Shown here piece by piece: positions 7,993 through 17,239 of a stretch of DNA of 21,468 nt (its first letter is position 1; every line of letters begins with the position of its first letter). The notes under the pieces are model-generated. The model was not told the origin of the DNA, made no database searches, and saw only the letters and a list, made by a program, of their open reading frames with translations. The stretch comes from Candidatus Eiseniibacteriota bacterium (GTDB lineage Bacteria; Arandabacterota; Arandabacteria; Arandabacterales; Arandabacteraceae). The stretch spans positions 1 to 21,468 of the forward strand of contig JBDRNT010000114.1 in the NCBI GenBank assembly GCA_043810925.1. The letters run 5' to 3'. Made by a program: the position numbers and the translations under genes.

Positions 7993-10809
7993 TCACTTGA
8001 GGAAGACCGTTCTCCGGGTCTCGCTGTGTCTGCCGGTGTCGAGACGATAGAAATAGACTCCCGATGACACCGCAATCCCCTGGTCGTTGGTACCGTCCCA
8101 CGTGACGCGGTGCTCTCCGGCATCAACACGATCAGAATCAACAAGAACCCTGACCACCCGGCCGGTGACATCATAGACACGAACGCGCACAGATGAAACC
8201 TGTGGTACGGCATACCGGATGAGCGTCGACTGATCGAACGGGTTCGGGTTGCTTTCATCGAGCCGGAGTCCGGGTCCCGACGCTGCGATGTCTCTCACCC
8301 CGGAAATATCGATCTCAATGACCTCGATAAGTTGATCGGCAGCAACAAGTGTTGTGTCGGTTACGACCCCCGAAGGCCAGGTTACCTCGACCGTATCCAC
8401 AGTCTCGAGTTCGCCAAGTCCGAAAGATGCAACCAGCGAGTTCTGCGAGCAATAGCCGGACCCACCTGAAATCTCACGAAACTGGGACAACCCGCCTGCG
8501 ACGATACGAATCCGGGCACCAATGCCGGCCGCATTCGAATAGACACCGGTCAGCTTCACCTTGAGCCAGTGGTTGTCGGGTTGGTACTCATTATGGAAGA
8601 GTCGATTGGTCCCGTCCGAGTTCGCAAGATAGAGATCGACGAGCCCGTCTCCATCGTAATCCGCAAAGGCTGCGCCCCTGCCGTCCCCCTCATCATTCAC
8701 GGGGGCCACCGTTGCCTTGCCGAAGGTACCATCGCCCACGTTCCTGTATGCCTTGTTCTCGCCACCGGTTATGGTGTGATAGATGTCGATGTTGCCGTCG
8801 TTATTGTGATCACCCCAGGCTACACCCTGACCGGCACCGCCGGGACCGATAGGGTTCACAGTGACATCGACAAAGTTTCCAAGTCCGTCGTTACGGAAGA
8901 GCTTATTCGCAGTACCGTTGTTTGCTAAGTAGATATCGATGTCGCCGTCACTATCGTAGTCGGCCCACGCAACGCCCCTGCCGTCATCAGCATCGTTTAG
9001 AGGCGCGGCTGTCACATCCGTGAAGATCCCGCTCCCATCATTCCGGAAGAGCTTGTTGGCCCCATTGTTGGCAAGGTAGATATCAGGATCGCCGTCATCG
9101 TCATAGTCACCCCACGCCATGCCGTAACCGTCCCCCGTATCCCCCAGGGGACCGCTCGTCGCGTCGAAGAAGATACCGGCGTTCATGAGAAGCACGTTGG
9201 CGCCCCCGTTATTGACGACATAGAGGTCGATGTAACCGTCATCGTTATAGTCGGCCCACGCCGCACTCTCGCTGTCGCCCGTATTGCCCACGGGGCCGGC
9301 CGTGACATCCACAAAGGTGCCGCCGCCGTCGTTTCGGAACAGCCTGTTTGCCTGGCCCGAGGTGTTGGTAATATAAAGATCGAGATCGCCGTCGTTATCA
9401 TAGTCACCCCAGCATGCGGCACGTCCATGACCGGTATCACCCAGCGGTCCGCTTGTCACATCGGTGAAACTCCCACCACCGTCATTCCGGAGTAGCTTAT
9501 TGGCAGTCCCGTCATTCACAATGTAGATATCTGGATCGTCGTCGTTGTCGTAGTCACCCCAGGCCACACCGTAGGTCGCACCCGTGTCACCCAGGGGACC
9601 TGCCGTAGCATCAATGAAATCCGCACCGGGTTCGATACCGCAAAGCATGTATTCCACCATGGGATCGCATCCCGACCAGGTGCAATAGAGATTGTCCACG
9701 GCATACCAATCATCCTGGGAACCGGCCCAGCCGTAGTTGAGATGGATATAGGGGGTGCCCGTGTCCATATAGCCGTCGCAGACGATTGAGTGACTGCTGA
9801 TCCTGTAGTGAATGGGCCGCGGCGGACTTGCATCGAGCTCCTCCCTTATCCGGGCAAACCAGGATTCGGCGTCGGGGTAGGCGTTACGATTGTATCGCGT
9901 AACGGTGTTTAAGTACTTGAAGTAGTCGGGGTAGACTGTCTCACCGTAGTAGGTGTAAGTGCCTGAACCGCAGCGTCCGTAGTCCATGTCCCAGGCTATC
10001 CCGACATCGGAGGATAACTGGGCAACGGCGGCCGCCTGCGTAGAATCGTAAAATATATAGAGCCTCTTCATATTCCACCAGTCATACGGGTGATTGAAAT
10101 CTGCACTGAGCGTCTGTCCGGGTGTGCTTCCACCACAGGACTCATCCCCGTTCCAGTAGTATGAATAACTCCCCGTACCGTACGACGGGTGTCTCCAGTA
10201 TCTCATGATCTGAGCACCGGCAGTCGCAACGCATCCGACAACACATCTTCCACCATCTCCCATCGGGCAACTGTCGTTGAGAGGCGCACCCTGGTCCCAC
10301 TTGGTCTTAACAAGCGGGCCCACCGAGTCGATGCTGGTCGGCGCGGGGCCCGATCCAAGCAGCCAGTCCCATTGCTCGCCCACCTTGGCCGGCGCTATCC
10401 CGGTTCCGAGAAGCGGGAAGCTTCCATAACGTTCCTCAATGGCAACGAGCGTATATTCCATGGCGTCCTTGAGGATCTGCCCGTAACCTTCCTCGGCGTC
10501 ATTCTCAAAATCTCCAGTGAAGGAGAAAGACTTCACGGGTGAGAGATCCTTAAGAACGGATACCACGATGTGCCCACCCGGGTGGATCGATAGATGATAC
10601 CCGAGCAAGCGACCATTCTTGGTAAGATCGGTACAGCTTACGATCTCAGGATGCTCCGACGTCCCCCAGCTCCCTCTCATCTCAATCATATAGTCGAGAA
10701 AACCGGCGCCGACCGTCATGGCCTCATCAGAGGTTACCAGGGCCGGGTGAGCCGCTGTGGGAACCAGCACCGCAAGCGCGAGCAGGAAAAGACTGAACTT
10801 AGACCTCAT
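7993..10809 (-). CDS. Secreted C10 (streptopain-like) cysteine protease with prodomain, 7 FG-GAP/VCBS repeats, ASPIC/UnbV and FlgD-Ig domains
   Basis: Signal peptide; 'TKWDQGAP', 'VVGCVATAGAQIMRYW' (Cys at 10231-10233), 'HSIVCDGY' (His at 9790-9792), 'HLNYGW'; repeats 'AWGDYDNDGDxDIY'; ASPIC 'NAAGIGARI...GGSGYCSQNS...FGLG'; tail 'NPNPF...WDGTN...SSGVYFYRL'. Confidence 0.9.
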   Translation of the reverse strand: MRSKFSLFLLALAVLVPTAAHPALVTSDEAMTVGAGFLDYMIEMRGSWGTSEHPEIVSCTDLTKNGRLLGYHLSIHPGGHIVVSVLKDLSPVKSFSFTGDFENDAEEGYGQILKDAMEYTLVAIEERYGSFPLLGTGIAPAKVGEQWDWLLGSGPAPTSIDSVGPLVKTKWDQGAPLNDSCPMGDGGRCVVGCVATAGAQIMRYWRHPSYGTGSYSYYWNGDESCGGSTPGQTLSADFNHPYDWWNMKRLYIFYDSTQAAAVAQLSSDVGIAWDMDYGRCGSGTYTYYGETVYPDYFKYLNTVTRYNRNAYPDAESWFARIREELDASPPRPIHYRISSHSIVCDGYMDTGTPYIHLNYGWAGSQDDWYAVDNLYCTWSGCDPMVEYMLCGIEPGADFIDATAGPLGDTGATYGVAWGDYDNDDDPDIYIVNDGTANKLLRNDGGGSFTDVTSGPLGDTGHGRAACWGDYDNDGDLDLYITNTSGQANRLFRNDGGGTFVDVTAGPVGNTGDSESAAWADYNDDGYIDLYVVNNGGANVLLMNAGIFFDATSGPLGDTGDGYGMAWGDYDDDGDPDIYLANNGANKLFRNDGSGIFTDVTAAPLNDADDGRGVAWADYDSDGDIDIYLANNGTANKLFRNDGLGNFVDVTVNPIGPGGAGQGVAWGDHNNDGNIDIYHTITGGENKAYRNVGDGTFGKATVAPVNDEGDGRGAAFADYDGDGLVDLYLANSDGTNRLFHNEYQPDNHWLKVKLTGVYSNAAGIGARIRIVAGGLSQFREISGGSGYCSQNSLVASFGLGELETVDTVEVTWPSGVVTDTTLVAADQLIEVIEIDISGVRDIAASGPGLRLDESNPNPFDQSTLIRYAVPQVSSVRVRVYDVTGRVVRVLVDSDRVDAGEHRVTWDGTNDQGIAVSSGVYFYRLDTGRHSETRRTVFLK
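8590..9620 (-). repeat. Seven intragenic FG-GAP/VCBS repeats of about 50 aa (predicted Ca-binding beta-propeller)
   Basis: Seven units of the form GPLGDTG..G.AW(G/A)DYDNDGD.D(I/L)Y..N...N.L.RNDG.G.F.DVT, counted in the translation. Boundaries are approximate. Confidence 0.85.
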
Positions 10810-10851
10810 GATGTTTTACCCCTTCCCTTCGGATGTACCTGTACAATATAT

Positions 10852-10880
10852 ATTATACCATAATTCCGAGGAGGTTTCAA
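10852..10880 (-). promoter_or_regulatory. sigma70 promoter of the C10 gene
   Basis: Minus strand TTGAAA-17 nt-TATAAT with extended TG (TGGTATAAT), 42 nt upstream of the ATG. Confidence 0.75.
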
Positions 10881-10953
10881 ACACGACGGGGCGCTGGGTG
10901 GTGTATCAATTTGGGTGTCGACGCCAGGGAAGGGTTTGAATGAAAACCGATAA

Positions 10954-11010
10954 TGTGTACACTCGTGACACCGCCAACGGTGTGCGGAAAAGTGTGGGCG
11001 TTTTTCACAC
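10954..11010. promoter_or_regulatory. Putative enhancer boxes for a sigma54 activator (TGTG-N9-[C/G]ACAC x2)
   Basis: TGTG-TACACTCGT-GACAC (10954) and TGTG-GGCGTTTTT-CACAC (10993), about 95-150 nt upstream of a -24/-12 site. Confidence 0.55.
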
Positions 11011-11103
11011 ATTCGAATATTGCCGGGGCGTGAGATGCTCCGGTGGGGATCGCCATATGGTTTGCATACGGCCAGTTAGAGCTGTCGCGGCGCTGCTGAG
11101 GTG

Positions 11104-11119
11104 TGGCACACCGCTTGCG
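11104..11119 (+). promoter_or_regulatory. sigma54 (-24/-12) promoter
   Basis: TGGCAC-ACCGC-TTGCG matches the consensus TGGCAC-N5-TTGC, upstream of an operon that encodes a sigma54 activator. Confidence 0.72.
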
Positions 11120-11133
11120 TATCAAGGAGGATC

Positions 11134-12621
11134 ATGAGGCTACTGTTGCCAAATACCCTCACCTTGGTGGCTGCTGTTCTGCTGCTCCCGGGGCTCCTTG
11201 CCGCAGGACCACTGAGGCTTGACGCCGGTGAACCTGTCCTCGTGTCTGGCGGATCGATGGGTCAAGACGAGACGGTTTCTGCTACCTCCGGCTCAAGACC
11301 CAGGGCGCTTTATCTCGAGAAGATCATTGTCACGGGGAACAGGCGCTTTACGGATGTGGAAATCCTCGATGCGGTTCAACTGTTCCCCCGAGACGTGATC
11401 AATGTCGAGATGCTGGAGCGGGAGCGTGTCCGCCTGCTGGCCGCCTATCCCGGTCTCTTTGATGTGAGACTCTTCACCCGTCCGGGATCGAGCCGCGGAC
11501 AGGTGATCGTGGAAATCGAGATTGTGGAAAGGAAGACCTTCTCACTTGAGACCGGTTACGGGTACCACGATCTCAACGGGTGGTTTCTAACGCTCATCGG
11601 CCTTCGCTTTGAGGATCTCTTCCACACCGATACCCAGCTCAGGCTCGGGTTCCGTTACGGCTTTAACCTGGTCCGAGTTGACGCGGAGTGGGAAAGGCCC
11701 GCTCCTCGTGACGGTGGGCTTGGCTGGAACGTGAGACTGTATGTGCTGAGCGAGGACCGCCGTTTCTTTGGAAGCGGCGCCCCGGAGGATCCCGCGGCAG
11801 GCGATACGGCCGGCTATGCCTGGGACGGATCCGGATGGAACGAATTCCGGCAGAAGATCGAGCGAAGCGGTGGAGAGGTCTCAGCGCTTTACCGTCTGGG
11901 CGACACGCACTTCTCATTCGGAGCCAGGGCCCAATCAGTACGGCCGGACAGCACGTTTCAGGACGTGGAACGGGACAGTGAGCGTGAGATCGAGGATCTT
12001 CCCGATGTGCTCCAGGGGGATGCCGACAAGACCGTCATCACCGGTCTCTTCTTCAGGATGACCCGCGACACACGTGATCACGTCGTCTACCCTCGCTCCG
12101 GATCATTCGCCCTTCTTTCGTTGGAGGCCAACAACACCATTCTCGGCGGTGACGAGATCTTCACACGTACCGTACTGGACTTGAGGAAACTTGCTCACCT
12201 CGGGGGTGACCGTGTGCTTTCGGGGAGGCTCAATGCCGGCATCACCACCTCGGGTACACCATACTACGAGCGCTTTACACTCGGCGGTATTTACTCAATC
12301 CGCGGCTTCAGGGAGCTGAGCCTATCGCCAACCGCCGGAGATGATGGCTTCTGGATGGCGAGCTGCGAACTGCGTTTTCCTCTTATCGGATCTCTTGAGG
12401 CTCCCCCGCGCCTATCGGGGCTGGTCTTCGTCGACGCCGGACAGGGGTGGCAGCGCGGCAGTGCGTTCTCAACAGCTGATATCGAGTCGGCCGCCGGCTA
12501 TGGAGTCCGACTCAGACTGCCATGGCTCGGGATGCTGGGACTCGACGCGGGTATACCGTTTTCGCCGGGACGAACCGGGGACAACTTTCGGATTCACGGA
12601 TCGTTGGGATTCTCGTTCTAA
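11134..12621 (+). CDS. Omp85/BamA-TamA family outer-membrane protein with a single POTRA domain
   Basis: Signal peptide; POTRA 'LEKIIVTGNRRF...VIVEIEIVER'; barrel motifs 'DHVVYPRSG', 'LGGIYSIRGF', 'FVDAG', 'GYGVR'; C-terminal 'GSLGFSF'. AAGGAGG precedes ATG 11134. Confidence 0.88.
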   Translation: MRLLLPNTLTLVAAVLLLPGLLAAGPLRLDAGEPVLVSGGSMGQDETVSATSGSRPRALYLEKIIVTGNRRFTDVEILDAVQLFPRDVINVEMLERERVRLLAAYPGLFDVRLFTRPGSSRGQVIVEIEIVERKTFSLETGYGYHDLNGWFLTLIGLRFEDLFHTDTQLRLGFRYGFNLVRVDAEWERPAPRDGGLGWNVRLYVLSEDRRFFGSGAPEDPAAGDTAGYAWDGSGWNEFRQKIERSGGEVSALYRLGDTHFSFGARAQSVRPDSTFQDVERDSEREIEDLPDVLQGDADKTVITGLFFRMTRDTRDHVVYPRSGSFALLSLEANNTILGGDEIFTRTVLDLRKLAHLGGDRVLSGRLNAGITTSGTPYYERFTLGGIYSIRGFRELSLSPTAGDDGFWMASCELRFPLIGSLEAPPRLSGLVFVDAGQGWQRGSAFSTADIESAAGYGVRLRLPWLGMLGLDAGIPFSPGRTGDNFRIHGSLGFSF

Positions 12622-12641
12622 CGATCCAGCAGGTGAGAGTA

Positions 12642-13322
12642 GTGGCAACAGTCAGACGCACTATATTGATATGTCTGGCCGGGCTGTGTTTAACCGCAAT
12701 GGTTCGCACGGCTCGCGCCGAAGACGAAGTGCGACCTGCCGTCGTCCGGATCGATCTCTACGCCCGTGACGGTCAACTGACCGGCGACATCACTGCACAT
12801 GGCCTCTTTTCAGAGCGGATTGTCGGCACTGTTCAGAGCGGTCTCCCGGCCGTAGTGGAGGTGTTTTACCTCGTTGCGGAACCCGGTGGCGGCACCGTAG
12901 AAAAAGGGGTGCACTCCTACTCGCTCAAGTACGATATATGGGATGATACCTATTCGGTCACCGGGCAGGATTCAACGGTGTTCTTGCCGTCACTCGAAGC
13001 CATGCGCTCTATGATCGAACAGATGACGGGCCTCGCCCTGGTGCCTCTCGGGAGGATGCACGCAGGCCGTTCTCACTATGTTCAGTTGAGTATCGCTGTA
13101 AGTCCGCTTCGGGGCAGCGACAAGAGACGAATGACCGGATGGATCAGCGAGAATGTACGAAGCACGGGGGAAGCTTCCTGGCACGAGCAGGTACTTGATG
13201 TGAATGACCTCATAACTCACTTCTTCTCCAGGGAAAAGGACACGGCAAAGACAACCGATTGGTTTCGCTCACCGCCCTTTAAGCCTGAGCTTCTTCCTTC
13301 TCGTGACACGGAGGAAAGGTAA
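12642..13322 (+). CDS. Exported DUF4390-like protein
   Basis: Signal peptide (RRTILICLAGLCLTAMVRTARA), 'VQSGLP', 'YSLKYDIWDDTY', C-terminal 'TDWF'. Its stop overlaps the kinase start (TAATG). The GTG start at 12642 or 12633 is uncertain. Confidence 0.65.
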   Translation: MATVRRTILICLAGLCLTAMVRTARAEDEVRPAVVRIDLYARDGQLTGDITAHGLFSERIVGTVQSGLPAVVEVFYLVAEPGGGTVEKGVHSYSLKYDIWDDTYSVTGQDSTVFLPSLEAMRSMIEQMTGLALVPLGRMHAGRSHYVQLSIAVSPLRGSDKRRMTGWISENVRSTGEASWHEQVLDVNDLITHFFSREKDTAKTTDWFRSPPFKPELLPSRDTEER

Positions 13323-14929
13323 TGTCGATCCGGTATCGTCTCATCGCGATGTGTTTCGTTGTCGCGCTGGTCCCTGCCATTCCTCTTTCCATCCTTGTCA
13401 GCAATCTGCTTGAGAAGAGCTTCAATGTCGGGCTCAGCAAGACCATGGAAGACGCTCTCGAAAGCGGGATGACCGTATCGCGAAAGCACCTCGAAGATCT
13501 TCATCTCGCCTTTGAAGCGAAGACCGCCAGGGTGACCGCGCTCCTGTCCGGCACCGTCCCGGATTCATCCCTGGTGGCGGCGGCTCTCTCGGTTGGGGAT
13601 CGATCGCATGGGATCGACGGCTTCATCATCCGAAGCGAAATGCGAAGCGAAATACAACAAGATGGCCGGTCGGGTTCAGCGGCCCCGTTTCCCGGGGCGC
13701 TGTCAGGTTATTCAAACGAACCGGTTTTGACGGGTCTTGTCGGCGGGTCTGCCGTCGGCGAACGCAGGCCGTCCACGAATTCCAGCGCGGACCTTGTCTT
13801 TTATGAGACCGAAGACAGGGCGGTCCAGCTTGCGCTCTGGTCTCCGGATGGCGGCGCCGGCTCAGTGCTTTTCTACAAAGAGGCAGACCCGGAGTTCTTG
13901 GCGCACGCCGAGAAGCTCCTTCTCGGACGCCAGGTCTTTGCCCAGCTCCGCCTCGCCCAGGAGCGGCTGAATCGAAGTTTCTTCTATCCGTTCATAATTG
14001 TCTACGCAGTTATCCTGTTACTCTCCCTGGCCTTCGCCTTCTTGATGTCCGAGCGGCTGGCCCGGCCCATCAGGCGGCTCGTGGATGCGACATCCGCCGT
14101 GGCGCGGGGTGATTGGCGCATACAGATAAAGCGGGAGGCCGGGGGAGAGATCGGCACTCTCGTGGACAGTTTCAACCAGATGGTCAGCCGTCTTGACACC
14201 CAGCGGCGCAGACTGAGTGATCTGGAGAAGATGGCCTCATGGAGAGAGGTCGGCCGCCATCTTGCGCATGAGATCAAGAACCCGCTGCTACCGATACGGC
14301 TCACCGTGCAGGAAATGAAAGACCAGTACACCGGCGACGACGAGCGCTACGGCGCGCTCCTCAGCGAATCGGTGCGTGTGGTGGAGGATGAGCTGAGTCA
14401 CCTCCAGAAACTCGTGAAGGAGTTCTCATCATTTGCCAGGATGCCGGGACTCTCGCCCGTTCAGGGGTCCATTGCGGATCTGGCGAAGGACGTTTCCCTG
14501 CTTTACCCGCAGATCAAAACCACTATTGACGCAGAGCAGGGGCTACCGCGATCTGTTTTTGATCCGGACCAGCTCAGGCGCGTTTTGATCAACCTCTTTG
14601 ACAACTCGCTCTCCGTGTTTGCCTCCGGACACCAGGGGAGGATTCAAATGCGCATCAGAAGCGAGGGCGACACCATGGTTCTCAGGTTCGCCGATAACGG
14701 ACCGGGGATACCGGCTGAGAACATTTCGAAGATCTTCGATCCCTATTTCTCAACTCGAAAAGGGGGAACCGGTCTTGGGCTTGCGATGGTGAAAAACATC
14801 ATCCTGCTCCACGAAGGGACGATAGAGGCGACGGGTCGCGAGAACGAGGGTGCCTCCTTCACCATAACGCTTCCCGCTCGAGGTCCATCGGGGAAGGCGG
14901 TCAATGACGACGGATTCTCCAACTTGTAG
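13322..14929 (+). CDS. NtrY-like HAMP sensor histidine kinase
   Basis: Two TM segments, HAMP 'LARPIRRL...GEIGTLVDSFNQM', H-box 'WREVGRHLAHEIKNPLLPIRL', N-box 'VLINLFDNS', G1 'DNGPG', F 'IFDPYFST', G2 'GTGLGL'. Confidence 0.92.
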   Translation: MSIRYRLIAMCFVVALVPAIPLSILVSNLLEKSFNVGLSKTMEDALESGMTVSRKHLEDLHLAFEAKTARVTALLSGTVPDSSLVAAALSVGDRSHGIDGFIIRSEMRSEIQQDGRSGSAAPFPGALSGYSNEPVLTGLVGGSAVGERRPSTNSSADLVFYETEDRAVQLALWSPDGGAGSVLFYKEADPEFLAHAEKLLLGRQVFAQLRLAQERLNRSFFYPFIIVYAVILLLSLAFAFLMSERLARPIRRLVDATSAVARGDWRIQIKREAGGEIGTLVDSFNQMVSRLDTQRRRLSDLEKMASWREVGRHLAHEIKNPLLPIRLTVQEMKDQYTGDDERYGALLSESVRVVEDELSHLQKLVKEFSSFARMPGLSPVQGSIADLAKDVSLLYPQIKTTIDAEQGLPRSVFDPDQLRRVLINLFDNSLSVFASGHQGRIQMRIRSEGDTMVLRFADNGPGIPAENISKIFDPYFSTRKGGTGLGLAMVKNIILLHEGTIEATGRENEGASFTITLPARGPSGKAVNDDGFSNL

Positions 14930-14959
14930 GATCAACATTTCGACAAGGAGTCTGCGCGT

Positions 14960-16363
14960 ATGGTCAAGCGAGTACTGATCATAGACGACGAGCCCAATAT
15001 CCGGAAGACCATGGAGATGATCCATAGAAACAGCGGGTGGAACACCGCCTCTGTCGAGAGCGGAGCCGCCGCCCTTGAACTCCTGCAGACCGAGCGCTTC
15101 GATCTGGTCTATCTCGACCTGGCCATGCCGGACCGCGATGGCATAGACGTGCTCAAAGATATCAAGCTGCGCTTCCCGGATCAGATGATCGTCATACTGA
15201 CCGGTCAGGCAACGATTGAGAAAGCGGTTGAGGCAACCAGGCTGGGGGCATTCGATTTTCTCGAAAAAGACTGCGGCAAGGAGAAGATCCTGCTGACTTC
15301 GAAGAACGCGCTCGAACACCGCTCACTTGCCGATGAAAACCGGCGACTGCGTGACAAGATCTCAAAGCGCCATGAGTTCCTCGGAAAGAGCAGAGACCAC
15401 GAGGAAATACTCGGGCAGATCGCCAAGGTAGCTCCCACCAATGCGCGTGTTCTCATCTTCGGCGAATCGGGTACAGGCAAGGAGCTCGTCGCCAGGGAGA
15501 TTCACCGGCGCAGCAAGCGAGCACGAACACCCTTTGTCCAGGTGAACTGTGCCGCGATCCCCGAGGAACTGATCGAGGCGGAGCTCTTCGGGAGCGTCAA
15601 GGGCGCATTCACGGGCTCGGTGGCGTCACGCGAAGGCAAGTTCCAGGCGGCAGACGGAGGCACCATCTTTCTTGATGAAGTCGGAGACATGAGTCTTCGC
15701 GTCCAGACCAAAGTGCTTCGTGCGCTCCAGGAGGGCGAGATCCAGCGAGTCGGCAGCGATGAGGTCGTCACGGTCGATGTCCGTGTTCTCGCCGCCACGA
15801 ATAAGGACCTCAAGGAGGAGATCGCAGCCGGCCGTTTCAGGGAGGACCTCTTTTTCCGCCTGAATGTCGTGCCGATCACCGCCATGCCCTTAAGAGCGCA
15901 TCCGGAGGATATCCCTCTGCTCGCCGATGCCTTCGTAAAATCATACTGTGCGGAAAACGGCCTGCCGGAGAAGCGTCTGGACGAGAGGGTTGTGGATCTC
16001 CTTAAGACTTACCAATGGCCCGGAAATGTCCGGGAACTCAAGAACCAGGTGGAACGTCTCGTTATCATGTCCCCGGCAAGAACGGTACATGTTGAGGATT
16101 TGAGCTCCGAGATCCGCCGCGGAAAGTCCTCGGCTCCCGCCCGGGAACCGGCGGATGATTCGTCCGGAGAGCCAGAGACCGAGATTCCCGCAGGAGCGTT
16201 GACCCTGCAGGAGGCCAAGAAGGAGCTCGAACGCAGGATGATCCTCGAGTCGCTTCAGCGAAACGGCTGGAATGTGACGCGCACAGCCGGGGAACTCGGG
16301 CTGGAGCGAACGACGCTGCATAAGAAGATCAAGTCCCACGATCTCGAGAAGGAACAAGCGTGA
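14960..16363 (+). CDS. sigma54-dependent response regulator (NtrX/NtrC family; REC-AAA+-Fis HTH)
   Basis: REC 'LIIDDE...LDLAMP', Walker A 'GESGTGKE', 'GAFTGS', 'FLDEVGDM', 'RFREDLFFRLNV', 'WPGNVREL', HTH 'NVTRTAGELGLERTTLHKK'. Confidence 0.95.
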   Translation: MVKRVLIIDDEPNIRKTMEMIHRNSGWNTASVESGAAALELLQTERFDLVYLDLAMPDRDGIDVLKDIKLRFPDQMIVILTGQATIEKAVEATRLGAFDFLEKDCGKEKILLTSKNALEHRSLADENRRLRDKISKRHEFLGKSRDHEEILGQIAKVAPTNARVLIFGESGTGKELVAREIHRRSKRARTPFVQVNCAAIPEELIEAELFGSVKGAFTGSVASREGKFQAADGGTIFLDEVGDMSLRVQTKVLRALQEGEIQRVGSDEVVTVDVRVLAATNKDLKEEIAAGRFREDLFFRLNVVPITAMPLRAHPEDIPLLADAFVKSYCAENGLPEKRLDERVVDLLKTYQWPGNVRELKNQVERLVIMSPARTVHVEDLSSEIRRGKSSAPAREPADDSSGEPETEIPAGALTLQEAKKELERRMILESLQRNGWNVTRTAGELGLERTTLHKKIKSHDLEKEQA

Positions 16364-16394
16364 ATGGTGGTTACACTGTGAAGAGAGACCACAC
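16359..16394. promoter_or_regulatory. Putative tandem enhancer boxes
   Basis: CGTG-AATGGTGGT-TACAC followed directly by TGTG-AAGAGAGAC-CACAC, about 110 nt upstream of the 16503 site. Confidence 0.5.
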
Positions 16395-16502
16395 GAAAAC
16401 GATCGCGGCCGTTCTGCTATCCGGGAATATGGCATGTCTGTATCAGATATAGAAGCAAGGGGTTACGTCATTCGAATGGATTCTGATCGTCCGGGCCGGT
16501 TC

Positions 16503-16518
16503 TGGCACCTTTATTGTA
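16503..16518 (+). promoter_or_regulatory. Putative sigma54 promoter (variant -12)
   Basis: TGGCAC-CTTTA-TTGTA: correct spacing, with GT in place of GC at -12. Confidence 0.5.
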
Positions 16519-16576
16519 ATAAGGTTGACTGGAGCGACAAAACGCACTTGGAAACCGCATAGAAAGGACGTGCCCG

Positions 16577-17227
16577 ATGTTTACGTTTAGAGCCAGACGA
16601 TCAGGCCACCGGACCACGCCGGAAGTGGTCGCCGCAGTCACCTTGTTCCTGCTCTCGGTTCTCGCTGCCGGAGCCGCTGCAGAAAATCCCGAGGATGAAA
16701 AGGGGTTCTATCTCGGTCTGAAGCTCATGGGATCTTCGCTTCACGCCGACAACACGACCGACGCTGATGAGGTCTTATACATAAAGGATGACGGCGGCGG
16801 GGTGCAGCTTGATTTCGGCTACCGCTTCAACCGGACTTTCATGCTTGAGTTTTGCGTCGGTGGCGCGAACCACGAGACATCCGACCCTGCGATAGACGCC
16901 CGGTTCGAGGTGTTCCAGATTTTCGGATACTACCGCTTCTCACCGGAACGCGCCTTTCGCCCATACCTGAAGGGCGGGTTTGGCGGCTACGGGCTGTATG
17001 TCGAAGAGGGCCCGGTCAACTGGCGAATCAAGGGGGGCGGTGTCGCATTAGGGGGAGGTTTCAGGTACTTCTTCGCGCCCTATTTCTGCATGGGCCTCGA
17101 CTTCACCCACAATATCATCCAGTATGATACCGCCGCGATGGAAGTCGAAGGTTTCAGCTATGAATGGGCGATCGACGAGCATGGCGCAATGACATCGCTC
17201 GGAGTGACATTCGGGTATTCCTTCTGA
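16577..17227 (+). CDS. Outer-membrane beta-barrel protein (8-stranded OmpA/OmpW-like)
   Basis: Signal peptide ending AAA; amphipathic strands 'GFYLGL', 'FGYRFN', 'RPYLKGGFG', 'GGGFRYFF'; C-terminal 'GVTFGYSF'; AAAGGA RBS. Confidence 0.85.
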   Translation: MFTFRARRSGHRTTPEVVAAVTLFLLSVLAAGAAAENPEDEKGFYLGLKLMGSSLHADNTTDADEVLYIKDDGGGVQLDFGYRFNRTFMLEFCVGGANHETSDPAIDARFEVFQIFGYYRFSPERAFRPYLKGGFGGYGLYVEEGPVNWRIKGGGVALGGGFRYFFAPYFCMGLDFTHNIIQYDTAAMEVEGFSYEWAIDEHGAMTSLGVTFGYSF

Positions 17228-17239
17228 CCGCACTTTTCA

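Noticed and set aside
11101-11133. GTG 11101 start for the Omp85 gene
   Set aside because: It overlaps the sigma54 site; the SD and signal peptide fit ATG 11134.
11134-12621. Calling this gene bamA
   Set aside because: About 495 aa with one POTRA and no skp/lpx context; it is an Omp85 paralogue rather than the housekeeping BamA.
12522-12632. Long N-terminus of the DUF4390-like ORF
   Set aside because: It overlaps the Omp85 3' end; the signal peptide begins near 12642.
16453-16465. IHF-like site AAGCAAGGGGTTA between the enhancer boxes and the promoter
   Set aside because: The position is plausible, but it has a mismatch to WATCAANNNNTTR and the equivalents at the other two promoters are weak.
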